Assembly (NCBI GenBank): GCA_965206595.1
Contig: OZ242214.1
Span: forward strand, 3,136,001 to 3,200,000
Direction: 5' to 3'
Length of the DNA: 64,000 bases
From: Candidatus Latescibacterota bacterium
GTDB lineage: Bacteria; Latescibacterota; UBA2968; UBA8231
Numbering within the stretch: position 1 is the stretch's first letter; the number at the start of each line of letters is the position of its first letter. Positions 11,130-20,383 of this stretch are shown one piece after another. The notes under the pieces are model-generated. The model was not told where the DNA came from, did no database searches, and saw only the letters and a program-made list of their open reading frames with translations. The position numbers and the translations under genes are program-made.

Positions 11130-11276
11130 ACCGCTCACTTTTCCCAGGAGGAAGGATGCTGCCATTGGTCGGCCATTCCCATCATATGGCCGATGGTGTG
11201 CAGTACCGTGAGACGCGGCCTCCTCGGGAAGGGATTGTTTGCCATTGAAAGTGGACGGAAGCCGTGAACCGGTCAT
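11130..11276 (-). pseudogene. Degraded partner gene of the 11273-11698 ORF
   Basis: ATG overlaps the upstream stop (ATGA). Protein-like pieces VSRYCTPSAI and DGNGRPMAASFLL lie in different frames. Confidence 0.4.
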
Positions 11277-11698
11277 TGAGGCTGATCGATAGATGAGGTG
11301 AACGATCGGATGGCATCCAGAACTCCCCCTTTTGGCAAGGTGCCGTTGACCCTCAATCGTATGTCGCTGTGCTTGGTTGACGCAGAGACGGCGGCAAATC
11401 GGATGAGGCCGGTGGTAAGGAACTCCAGGGCAAGGATGCCATCAGGGGGGATACGCCACTCGACCTGCGCCAAGCCGTTCGGGCTGATGCCGATCTCTGG
11501 ATCAGGCAGTGATCGTTCGGTCGTGAGGAAGCCAACCAGGGCTCTCATGGAATCAATCACCATGGAGGGTTCCTCCGGATCGTTCCTGGAAAGATCCTGG
11601 AGATATCTCAGTCGATCGGCAATCTGCTTTAAGCCCGATTCTTGGAGGAGGAGGAGGATTTCATTCTGCGTGTTGGCGCTGGCAATCATTGTTCCCAC
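11273..11698 (-). CDS. Hypothetical protein
   Basis: 141-aa ORF with globular composition (P.IGISPNG..Q.EW...GILALEF). Confidence 0.6.
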   Translation of the reverse strand: MGTMIASANTQNEILLLLQESGLKQIADRLRYLQDLSRNDPEEPSMVIDSMRALVGFLTTERSLPDPEIGISPNGLAQVEWRIPPDGILALEFLTTGLIRFAAVSASTKHSDIRLRVNGTLPKGGVLDAIRSFTSSIDQPQ

Positions 11699-12122
11699 GG
11701 GAGGGAGGTAGCAAATGTTATGTGAAGTAAAGGGAAAGAACCCTTAAGCTGGAACCCAAGTTTGCAGGCTACGCGCTGAACTGCCCTGCCGCTCAAACGC
11801 AGAAATCCTTGATGGGGCGCGGCATCGCCATCATGCACATCTACAGTAGCCAACTCAATCAATGACGCTGTATTGTCGGAGGCAACCGAACCTGATTTTG
11901 AATTCCCGTACTTGGAAATCAGCGCTGTGGGCACTGGTCTGCTGGTAAGTCAACCTACAAGGATTAGATTTGAAAGAGCACCCTCGCGGGCTGGGCGAAT
12001 CGTAAGAACCGGCGACACATCGTATCTACTGTTCGGACATACCTGAAGGCGACATGGACGGCCGCGCCTTTGACGAGGGCCTGCCAGCGGAAGAGGAGCT
12101 TCCAATCGAAAGCGGTGAGATC

Positions 12123-12362
12123 ATGACGGACTGGAGCAAGTGCCCGGCGGTCGAGAGCGTGCCCGGCAGGCTCAGCGGAGCCTGGGTTTTCACTGGGACG
12201 AGAGTGCCGGTTTCCGCCCTGTTCGGGAATCTGGCAGCGGGGGCCACGGTAGAAGAGTTCCTGGACTGGTTTGAAGGAGTGGAGAAGTGGCAGGTAAACG
12301 CAGTGCTTGAGCACATGGTCACCGACCTCGACGCCAGGGTGAAGCTTGAGAATCCTGTTTGA
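12123..12362 (+). CDS. DUF433-domain antitoxin
   Basis: DWSKCPAVESVPGRLSGAWVFTGTRVPVSALFGNLAAGATVEEFLDWF. Confidence 0.85.
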   Translation: MTDWSKCPAVESVPGRLSGAWVFTGTRVPVSALFGNLAAGATVEEFLDWFEGVEKWQVNAVLEHMVTDLDARVKLENPV

Positions 12363-12681
12363 CAACAACACCCCAAGGCCCCTACGCGGCCATCTTTCGG
12401 AACACGCCGTGGATACGGCCAGGGAGAGGGGGTGGGCCGAGTTGAGCAACGGGAATCTGCTGGACCGCGCTGAGCAAGAAGGCTACGAGATAATGATAAC
12501 CGCCGACCAGAGCATGAGGCACCAGCAGAACCTCGGTCGCAGGGGCTTGGCTGTCATAGTCCTGCTCTCCAACAGATGGCCTGATGTCCAACCGAGGATA
12601 GAAGATATCCGCGCCGCCCTGGACGGGATTCAGCCCGGTGAGGTGCGGGAAATCCCCATCCCGATGCGAGACGAGGCATAG
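12346..12681 (+). CDS. DUF5615 / VapC45-like PIN toxin
   Basis: RILFDNNTP...GWAELSNGNLL..AE..GY...ITADQ.M.HQQNL; overlaps the DUF433 gene. Confidence 0.85.
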   Translation: MRILFDNNTPRPLRGHLSEHAVDTARERGWAELSNGNLLDRAEQEGYEIMITADQSMRHQQNLGRRGLAVIVLLSNRWPDVQPRIEDIRAALDGIQPGEVREIPIPMRDEA

Positions 12682-12682
12682 C

Positions 12683-12850
12683 GTGACTACCGACACCAGC
12701 GAGAAGGGGCTTGAGCGCCTCATCTGCGAGGCGCTTACGGGCACCGCCTGTGACCCGCCTCAGGGCAGTGCGATTGCCGAGCGGCCAGTCCAGCTACGGC
12801 GCAGGGTGGATATGCGGAGACCCGCAGGACTATGACCGGGAGCACTGCCT
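12683..12850 (+). pseudogene. hsdR: 5' stub of a type I restriction subunit HsdR
   Basis: GTG-TTDTSEKGLERLICEALTG..., frameshift, then YGAGWICGDPQDYDREHC, typical of an HsdR N-terminus. Truncated where the convergent gene begins. Confidence 0.65.
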
Positions 12851-12906
12851 GACGTCTGCCACACCTGCCAGCGAGGATAATGCGAAAGGACGCCCCAGCT
12901 TCCAGG

Positions 12907-13554
12907 TCAGAAAACCAGCCGGGTATAATCCTCCCACTGGTGGAAGCCCAGGGTCGTAAGGTGTGCCGTCGAGGAGTGCTCGGGGTCTTCCAGGCCGCCG
13001 TTGTAATTGTAGCGGCAGACCGCGAAGGACCACTCGGTCCCCGGCCCCGGCGCTGAATCGAGGCCGAACGCCTTCCAGGGGATGCGGACCTCCACCGCCC
13101 ACCTGTCCTCGAGCCGCCAGACCCGCCGCAGCGTCCCGCTGTCCGGTGCGATCACCTCCTCCCAGCTGACCTCGCCCCCGGAAAACCGCTCCCGGTCGGG
13201 GATGTGGAGGTCCATCAGGTAGCCGTTGGGAGTGACGTGGATCTCCCAGTAGTCGCTGCGCTCGGCACCCGGCTTGACGAAGAACTCGGCGACGTCCCCG
13301 AGGGTCCACATGCGCTGGTTGTCCGCGGTTGCCTGCGAGAAGATGTCGCTGTCGGTGAAGCAGGTGTAGAAGCTGAGGCCCTCTTCGGCGGCTCCGACCA
13401 GGGCGCTCCCCTTTTCCGCGGGGAAAACCTCCGGCCCTTCCCAGTACCGGCGCAGCGGGAGCAGTGCGGATTCCCGGTACTTCTCCGGATGCTCGGCTCC
13501 GAAATCCTGGACGTCTCCCGAAACCCGGGGACAACGGATCGAGGGGGTTTCCAT
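12907..13554 (-). CDS. Carbohydrate-binding family 9-like (DOMON-like) protein
   Basis: MWTLGDVAEFF, YWEIHVTPNG, WAVEVRIPW. AAGGAG RBS before ATG 13554. Confidence 0.7.
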   Translation of the reverse strand: METPSIRCPRVSGDVQDFGAEHPEKYRESALLPLRRYWEGPEVFPAEKGSALVGAAEEGLSFYTCFTDSDIFSQATADNQRMWTLGDVAEFFVKPGAERSDYWEIHVTPNGYLMDLHIPDRERFSGGEVSWEEVIAPDSGTLRRVWRLEDRWAVEVRIPWKAFGLDSAPGPGTEWSFAVCRYNYNGGLEDPEHSSTAHLTTLGFHQWEDYTRLVF

Positions 13555-14131
13555 TTTGGGGGCTCCTTTGGTGGAAGGCAGGGGGAGATCCTGCTCGCCT
13601 TCGGCGACACGGAGCCCCTCCTGAACTAGTTGAGGCACTGTTCCGGTCCAGGAACGATGGCTGCCTGGGCCGCTGTGGAGCGGCTCGGAAAATTCCGCAC
13701 TCTCGATGGTTCCTGGACCGATCACGCCGAATAAATGGAACCAGATACCGGCAATTAACATGGTCTCCATCTGCTTCCCCCTCGCTTGACGGCCGCCTTG
13801 CCCGGGCGGCAGTTTGGTTTCCGGTCTCGCTACCGACCCTTCCCGATTCCATGAATAAGTGATTAAGCCGGAAGAAATCCCACCCGTATTCGACACCGAC
13901 AGGCGAATCGGCGTCGGGAAGAAGCCGGGGATCCGGGCCGTCATCGACCCGCCTCCCCTTCATGACCTTTTGACGAGCCCTACCCATATAGTGCTGCCCG
14001 GAACGATTTCATACCCATATGATGGGGTCGGGGCATCCCGGCCCTTTTCCTGAAACCGCTCGAGCAGAACATCGTACCGGTCCTCCACCTTTCGCGGACC
14101 GCGACCTGACCCGAAGACTCGAGGTGACGAC

Positions 14132-15331
14132 ATGAAGATCAAGAGCATCCGCGCCGTGCAGGCCCGCTTCCCCGAAACTGTCGCTGCCGGCCCCGGCCAG
14201 AAGCAGTACAACACGGCCCCCCGTCCCTCATGGATGGAGAGCGGCCCGGTCGCCAACCCGATGACCCGGTACCCCCGCTACGCCGCCTACCGGGCTTCCT
14301 GGACCCCGGCCTGGAGCGGCTTCGGCTGCCTGGTCGAAGCCGAGGACGGCAGCTGGGGGTTCGCCACCGCCAGCCACGGGCGCCCGGTGGCGGCGATCAT
14401 CGACGACTACCTCGGGCCGCGGCTGCTTGGTGAATCCTGCCTGGCCACGGAGAAGTGCTACGACATGATGGTGCGCATGGGGGCGCCCCACGGCGCCTCC
14501 GGCCTGCACTCCTACGCGGTCAGCGCCATCGACCTCGCCCTGTGGGACCTGAAGGGGAAGCTGCTGCAGCGTCCGGTGTACGAGCTCATCGGCGGCCCTG
14601 CCCGCGACGAGCTGTTCTGCTACTCGACCGGCGGCGACACCGACTGGTACATGGAGCTCGGCTTCCGGGCGACCAAGCTGCCCTGTCCGTACGGCCCGGC
14701 CGACGGCCTCGAGGGATTGAGGAAGAACGTCGCGCTGGTGGCCGGAACCCGCGAGCTGATCGGGGACGAGGTCGAGCTGATGCTCGACTGCTGGATGGCC
14801 TTCGACCTCGAGTACGCCGTCCGCCTCGGGGAGGAGCTGCGGCCCTGCAAGCTCAAGTGGATGGAGGAGGTGCTGCGTTCCGAGGAGCTCGACGCCCACG
14901 CCGAGCTGCGCCGGCGGCTGCCCTGGCAGACCCTGGCGACGGGAGAGCACTGGTACACGACGGCGCCGTTCCAGCAGGCGGCGAGCCGCTTCCTCGTCGA
15001 CATCCTGCAGCCGGACATCAACTGGGTGGGCGGCCTGACGGCGCTCGTCAAGATCTGCGCCATCGCCGAGGCGGCCGGCATCTCCGTCATCCCGCACGGA
15101 GGCGGCAACACCCCCTACGGCCAGCACGCCTGCTACGCGCTGCCGGCCATCCCCTGGACCGAGTGCTTCGTCGGCTCCGCCCCCGGGGTGCCGCCCGAGC
15201 AAGCGGCGCGGATCCCGGGGGCGGCGATCCCGAAGGAAGGGCGGATGAAGCCGTCCGGCGCCCCCGGCTTCGGAGTCGAGGTCACTCTCGACCAGCTGTC
15301 TCGGTTCGCCTACGGGTCGTCAGGGGGATAG
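14132..15331 (+). CDS. Mandelate racemase / enolase-superfamily dehydratase (L-rhamnonate dehydratase-like)
   Basis: SAIDLALWDLKGK, LMLDCWM, WMEE, ATGEH, QPDINWVGG, IPHGG. Confidence 0.88.
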   Translation: MKIKSIRAVQARFPETVAAGPGQKQYNTAPRPSWMESGPVANPMTRYPRYAAYRASWTPAWSGFGCLVEAEDGSWGFATASHGRPVAAIIDDYLGPRLLGESCLATEKCYDMMVRMGAPHGASGLHSYAVSAIDLALWDLKGKLLQRPVYELIGGPARDELFCYSTGGDTDWYMELGFRATKLPCPYGPADGLEGLRKNVALVAGTRELIGDEVELMLDCWMAFDLEYAVRLGEELRPCKLKWMEEVLRSEELDAHAELRRRLPWQTLATGEHWYTTAPFQQAASRFLVDILQPDINWVGGLTALVKICAIAEAAGISVIPHGGGNTPYGQHACYALPAIPWTECFVGSAPGVPPEQAARIPGAAIPKEGRMKPSGAPGFGVEVTLDQLSRFAYGSSGG

Positions 15332-16541
15332 TCCCTTCGCGGGGAAGGAGCGGCGGCGAGCAGAAGGGCGCACGCGGGCAGCAGAACGGGTGCCGCAGCC
15401 TCGCCGACTGTCCGCCCGCGAAACGTTCCCTCACCCGATCTCCTCGGCTACCAGCAGGATCGTCTGCCCCTGCTCGACCCGGGCCCCCCAGGCCTGGGTC
15501 ACGACGATACCGTCGGTGCCGGCCCTGACCTCGAAGGGCTCCTCGTCGAGGCGTTGGAAATCGTGCAGCAGCCCGACCGTCTGCCCCCTGGTCACGCGCT
15601 CGCCGCAATCGCGCAGCGGCTCGTAGTGGCCGGGGTACGGGGCCATCTCCGCGGCCCCGCCACGAACCAGGTGCTGGGTGCCGTCCGCATGGTGGCCGAT
15701 GGGCTCGATCTCCCCCCCGAGCTGGCCGTGGTGGATGGCCGCGGCGAGCACCCCCTGGCGGGCGTAGCGCACGCCGGCGACGTCGACCGAAGATCCGTAC
15801 CCGAGCTCGGTGCCGATCGCGAACTTCCCGAGGTCGTCCGCCTCCTGGTACATCCCCCGTGAAACCCCGTCCGACGGCGAGTTGGTTTGCGCCATGACCA
15901 CCGGCACCCCGAACCAGCGCGCCATCTGCTCGCGGCGCTCGTTCATCCCGGGATCGTCGCAGGTGAAGAAGCCGGCCCAGTGGGCGAAGCGGGCCACCTC
16001 GCCGCCCGAGTGCAGGTCGATGCAGATGTGGACGTGAGGCCAGATGCACTCGCGCACGAAGCGGACAATGCGGTGAGTGATCCCCGCCATGGCAGGGGTG
16101 GTGCCGGCGCCCTCGACGAAGACCCGGTTGAGGTTGAAGCCGTCGTCGCCCGTGCTCTCGCGGGCCCCGACGCGGAAGGCGGCGACGTTGAGGACCGGAA
16201 CCAGCACGATGCGGCCGAGGACGTCTTCGCTGCGGATTTCCCGCAACAGGTGCTTGATCGCCACCGGACCCTCGTACTCGTTGCCGTGGCAGGAGCCGAA
16301 CGCCACCAGGCCTTCGCCAGGCCGCGCCTGCGGGCCGGCGACGACGGTGAGGGGAATCAGGTGGCTTCCCCAGATACTGGTGTGGGACAGGGCGACCCGG
16401 TAGTCGCGCCGCCCCGGGCTCTCGAGATCGACTTCACCGGCCGTGACGATTCGGCGTTCCATATTCACATCTCCCTTGTCATCAAATGTTGTCCTCCACG
16501 CGAACGAAGCCGCTTCGCGGATTCGCGGGATAGTCCCTTCG
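15325..16541. repeat. 15-bp direct repeat GGGATAGTCCCTTCG at 15325-15339 and 16527-16541
   Basis: Exact match. Palindromic core GGGA-TAG-TCCC. The copies flank the 15431-16462 gene. Confidence 0.7.
15431..16462 (-). CDS. Succinylglutamate desuccinylase / aspartoacylase family (M14-like) protein
   Basis: HGNEYEG, NLNRVF, IDLHSGG, TELG and a C-terminal biotinyl-like domain. Confidence 0.85.
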   Translation of the reverse strand: MERRIVTAGEVDLESPGRRDYRVALSHTSIWGSHLIPLTVVAGPQARPGEGLVAFGSCHGNEYEGPVAIKHLLREIRSEDVLGRIVLVPVLNVAAFRVGARESTGDDGFNLNRVFVEGAGTTPAMAGITHRIVRFVRECIWPHVHICIDLHSGGEVARFAHWAGFFTCDDPGMNERREQMARWFGVPVVMAQTNSPSDGVSRGMYQEADDLGKFAIGTELGYGSSVDVAGVRYARQGVLAAAIHHGQLGGEIEPIGHHADGTQHLVRGGAAEMAPYPGHYEPLRDCGERVTRGQTVGLLHDFQRLDEEPFEVRAGTDGIVVTQAWGARVEQGQTILLVAEEIG

Positions 16542-16579
16542 GCTTCCCATCTCCTGAGCTTTCCCACCGAACTCCGAAG

Positions 16580-17524
16580 TCAGGAGCCGGACGTCGCCGA
16601 GAGGATGCGCTTGTCCTTGCGGTCGCTGGCCTCGTAGAAGAGGCGGAAGCGGCCGTCGGGCAGCTCGGTGACGCAGGGCTCGGAAACCATGTGGCAGTCC
16701 AGCGCCGCCCCGAGATCGAGGCAGGGCTCAGGTTCCTTGCGCCATTCCAGACCGTCCGTCGAAGTAGCGGTGAAGACGCCGCCGTTGATTCCCTTGCTCC
16801 AGGCAGCGTAGTACATCCGGTACCTGCCGTCACCGAGGCGGATGACCTCGGGCGAGTACACAGCGACGTTTTCGCGTTCCGTCTCCTGCGCGATGCGGGC
16901 ACCCGGTTCGAACTCCCACTGCAGCCCGTCGGTCGACAGGGCGCTGAGGATCTGCCTGGCTCCATCCGGATCCGGGCACCGCGGATGGGGATACCGGTGG
17001 AAGTAGAGACGGCGCCGGCCGTCTTCGAGGTAGAGGCAGCGTGGGGTGCCGTAGGACCATTCGCCGTCGCCGATGCGCACGCCTTCTTCCAATTCCCAGA
17101 GCAGGCCGTCCGCTGAAACGGCGCTGAGGATGACCGTCGGCGCCTCGCCGCTGCGCGCTTCGTAGTACATCCGCCAGCCGCCGTCGGGCAGCGGCACCAC
17201 GTCGGGGCAGAGGGTGCGCGTGGTGGCGTGGGGGCTGCTGAGGTCGACGCGGATCCCTTCCTCTTTGGTCCAGCCCTCGGCGTCGCCGGAACGGGCGCTG
17301 AGGATGTAGCCGACCGCATCGGGATCGGGATGAGCCGGTCCGAGGCCGGTGTAGTAGATGCGATAGCCGCCGGCCGGCAGCTGGACGACGTTGGGGGTCA
17401 GGATACTGCGGGAATCAAGAGGGCTGTCGAGATCGAGGGCGATCCAGGGATCCTTGGTCCAGTCGGTTCCGGGGTCGCGCTCGTGGTAGTGGACGGCGGT
17501 CAGGGGATCGAAGGGGCGTGCCAT
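16580..17524 (-). CDS. Beta-propeller (glycoside hydrolase GH32/43/130-like) protein
   Basis: Repeats of P.V..LPDG.(W/Y)RMYY and SA.S.DGL.W..E.G. Confidence 0.65.
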   Translation of the reverse strand: MARPFDPLTAVHYHERDPGTDWTKDPWIALDLDSPLDSRSILTPNVVQLPAGGYRIYYTGLGPAHPDPDAVGYILSARSGDAEGWTKEEGIRVDLSSPHATTRTLCPDVVPLPDGGWRMYYEARSGEAPTVILSAVSADGLLWELEEGVRIGDGEWSYGTPRCLYLEDGRRRLYFHRYPHPRCPDPDGARQILSALSTDGLQWEFEPGARIAQETERENVAVYSPEVIRLGDGRYRMYYAAWSKGINGGVFTATSTDGLEWRKEPEPCLDLGAALDCHMVSEPCVTELPDGRFRLFYEASDRKDKRILSATSGS

Positions 17525-17605
17525 TACAGGTCAACTCCGGGGAAGGTTGGATCGAATATCGTTCAGCGCTCGTAGCGGCTCCATGTACTGCGTTGCGGAC
17601 CAGAC

Positions 17606-20377
17606 TCACCTCGCCGGACCTCCAACAGGGAACCCTTCTTCCCCGGCTCCCTCCTGCCGGAGGATCCGTTGCAGCCTGAGGGCCATGGCCTCCCGCGGGT
17701 CGATTGCCAGGGCGGCGCCGAACAGCTCTCTCGCCTCTGCATCCTCCCCTCTCATCATTTGGATCAGCCCGGCCATGCTGCGCTCCCGGGCCCGCAGTCT
17801 CCTCTCTACATCCAGCAGGTCCTCGGGAGCGGCCTTGAGCCAGCCCCCTGCCTCGCTGACGAGCAAGGGCTGCAGACTGTCGAGAACTTCCGAGCCGTCG
17901 AGCCGCTCCTCCTGCGGCCGGTACCCCGCCCGGGTCCGCCGGTCGGTGTTGACGTTGCCCTCGCCGGCGTAGCGGGCAACCCCCTTTTCGTCCAGCCCGA
18001 GGGTGCCGAGGAAGGCTACCGGGTCCGCCAGCTCGACCTTGTCGAGGTTCGCAGCGATCGCGGGCCGCGCCAGCTTCCCGGCGAGCTCCTCCATGTCGAC
18101 GGCGAGCGGCTGCGGGGTGGCCAGCAAAATGGTGTAGACCTGGTTGACCCAGAGGGAGCTGTGCGGGAAGACCTGCGAGAAGGTGCGGACGATGGTCCGG
18201 TACTCCTCGACCGACAGCCCGTGGGTCGGCACCCACTGGGCCACCATGCCGCCCGGCTTCAGGCGCTGCCGGCAGAGCCGGTAGAACTCGCGCGTGTACA
18301 GGAGCCAGCTGTCCGCGGTGGTCGGATGGGTCGAGTCGCAGATGATGACGTCGTAGCGATCCCCGGTGCGCAGCAGGTGGTTCCTGCCGTCCTCGGCGAT
18401 CAGGCGCAGGTAGCCGGCGCCGAAGCGGTCGGCGATGCGGTTGTTGTACTCACCGAAGAGGGGAGCGGCGCCGAAGACCCCGGGGACGACCTCGGCGCAG
18501 GCCAGGTGTGCGGGACGGTGGAGCTCGACCGACGACAGGGTGACCCCCCCGCCGAAGGCGACGACCGCTACCTGCCGCGGGTCCGGGTGGAGCAGTGAGG
18601 CGAGGTTGCCGAGCATGCGGAAGGTCTGGATCGAGGCGAAATCGCTGCGCACCTCGCCGGTCCCGTTGACCCTCAGGGAGCGCTGGCCGCCGGCGCTTTC
18701 GTGAACGGTCACGGTGCCGGCGGTGCTTTCGCTGTAGTAGAGGAGCCTCCCTTTCGCCTCCAGGCCGGAGAGAAGGCGCACGAACAGGTCGCCGGGGATG
18801 GCCGCGTGGAGGGCGGCTGCTGCGGCCCCTGCGAGGACGAGCGTCCGCAGCCGTCTTGCCGGGCGCGACTGCGGAGCCAGGGCGACCAGGGCGGTCCCCG
18901 CGGCGATGTTGCACCAGGCCAGGGCCTCCACCGAGCCCTGGGTGCCGAGCCAGGGGACGAGGAGGAACCCGGCGGCGAGAGCGCCGGCGATCGCCCCCGC
19001 GGTATTGGCGGCGTACAGGTCGCCGACGGAGCGGCCGACGCGGTCGAGGCGGCGGACGTTGAGGCGGCCGGCAATCGGAAAGGCGGCCCCCATCAGGCAG
19101 GTCGGGACGATCGTCACCACGAGGGCGGCGAGAAACAGCTGGGCGAGCGGTGAGATGCCGAGGAGGTTGCCCAGGATTTCGAAGTACCCCGGCACCCCGC
19201 CCAGCAGGGCGGTCGACAGCAGTCCGAACAGACCTATCAGCAGCTCCGCCGCCCCCAGGGCGAGGACCGCGTCCCGGAGGCGGCCCGACAGCCGCGCCCC
19301 GGCCGCTCCCCCGGCGGCGATTCCGAGCAGGAAGGCGATCAGGATGACGGAGAGGCTCTGCGCCGTCGTGGTCCTGTTGAGGATGCTGAGGAGCCGCGTC
19401 CAGACCACCTCGTACCCGAGTGCGGCGAACCCGGACAGGCCGATGGCAACGAGGACCGCGGGGCCGATCCAGCCCGGGAGCGGCTCTTGTTCTGGGAGGT
19501 CCCGCCTTCCCGCACCTGCGGGGATGCCGGGGGTGTTGCCTGTGTCCGCCTGGGTGCCGGAGCTACCCGCGCTTGCCTGAGTCCCGGCGTCCTCCGAGAC
19601 GCCGTGCGAGCCTTCGGGGGTTGCAGGGGTTTCGGGTGGGCCTCCGGCCACCGTGGGACCGCCCATTACTTTCGTGGCATCGGAGGGACCTCCTGTAACC
19701 GCAACTGCCGGCTTCCCCTGGCATGCCCGGCTCAGAAGAAGAGCGGCGATACCCGCAAGGGCATTCCCCGCCGCGGCCGCCGCGGTCGCCCCCCAGGTTC
19801 CGGTGTGGGGAAGCAGCGCGAAGGCCGTGATCAGACAACCGGCCGCGGCGCCGAAGGTGTTGGCCGCGTAGAGCCTGCCGACCCCCTGCCCCGCTTCGCT
19901 TGCCCTGGTGACAGCGAAACGGCTGAGCACCGGCAGGGTCGCTCCCATCAGGGTCGTCGGCACCAGCAGCAGGGCGAAGGTCAGGGCGAACCGCGCCGCG
20001 GCGAACCCCCAGTCCCCGGTGACCCGGGAAAGGGCCGCGCAGCCCTCCTCCAGCCCGGCGATGGCGGCCGGCACAAGCAGCGCTACGGCCGCGATCCCCA
20101 GCTCGAGCAGACCGTACATCCGCAGCGGATCCTCCCGCCTGTCGGCGAGGCGTCCGAAGCCGAAACTGCCGAGGGCGAGTCCCGCCATGAAGGCGGCCAG
20201 CACCGTGCTCACCGCCCAGGTGCCGACCCCGAAAACCACCACCAGCATGCGCGCCCAGATCAGCTGGTACACGAGGGAGCAGGCCCCGGAGACGAAGAAC
20301 AGTACGAGAAGGGCGGGGACAAGCGTTGCGCCGGTCCTCCCCGGGCTCGGGGAGCGGATTTCCGCTTCGGATGCCAA
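17606..20377 (-). CDS. Fused membrane (MFS-like) / spermidine synthase-like protein with C-terminal TPR
   Basis: Duplicated TM module (SG..L.Y...W.R.L; LYAANT.GA..G) and SAM domain (EDGRNHL, YDVIICD, LYTREFY). Confidence 0.85.
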   Translation of the reverse strand: MASEAEIRSPSPGRTGATLVPALLVLFFVSGACSLVYQLIWARMLVVVFGVGTWAVSTVLAAFMAGLALGSFGFGRLADRREDPLRMYGLLELGIAAVALLVPAAIAGLEEGCAALSRVTGDWGFAAARFALTFALLLVPTTLMGATLPVLSRFAVTRASEAGQGVGRLYAANTFGAAAGCLITAFALLPHTGTWGATAAAAAGNALAGIAALLLSRACQGKPAVAVTGGPSDATKVMGGPTVAGGPPETPATPEGSHGVSEDAGTQASAGSSGTQADTGNTPGIPAGAGRRDLPEQEPLPGWIGPAVLVAIGLSGFAALGYEVVWTRLLSILNRTTTAQSLSVILIAFLLGIAAGGAAGARLSGRLRDAVLALGAAELLIGLFGLLSTALLGGVPGYFEILGNLLGISPLAQLFLAALVVTIVPTCLMGAAFPIAGRLNVRRLDRVGRSVGDLYAANTAGAIAGALAAGFLLVPWLGTQGSVEALAWCNIAAGTALVALAPQSRPARRLRTLVLAGAAAAALHAAIPGDLFVRLLSGLEAKGRLLYYSESTAGTVTVHESAGGQRSLRVNGTGEVRSDFASIQTFRMLGNLASLLHPDPRQVAVVAFGGGVTLSSVELHRPAHLACAEVVPGVFGAAPLFGEYNNRIADRFGAGYLRLIAEDGRNHLLRTGDRYDVIICDSTHPTTADSWLLYTREFYRLCRQRLKPGGMVAQWVPTHGLSVEEYRTIVRTFSQVFPHSSLWVNQVYTILLATPQPLAVDMEELAGKLARPAIAANLDKVELADPVAFLGTLGLDEKGVARYAGEGNVNTDRRTRAGYRPQEERLDGSEVLDSLQPLLVSEAGGWLKAAPEDLLDVERRLRARERSMAGLIQMMRGEDAEARELFGAALAIDPREAMALRLQRILRQEGAGEEGFPVGGPAR

Positions 20378-20383
20378 GGGTCG

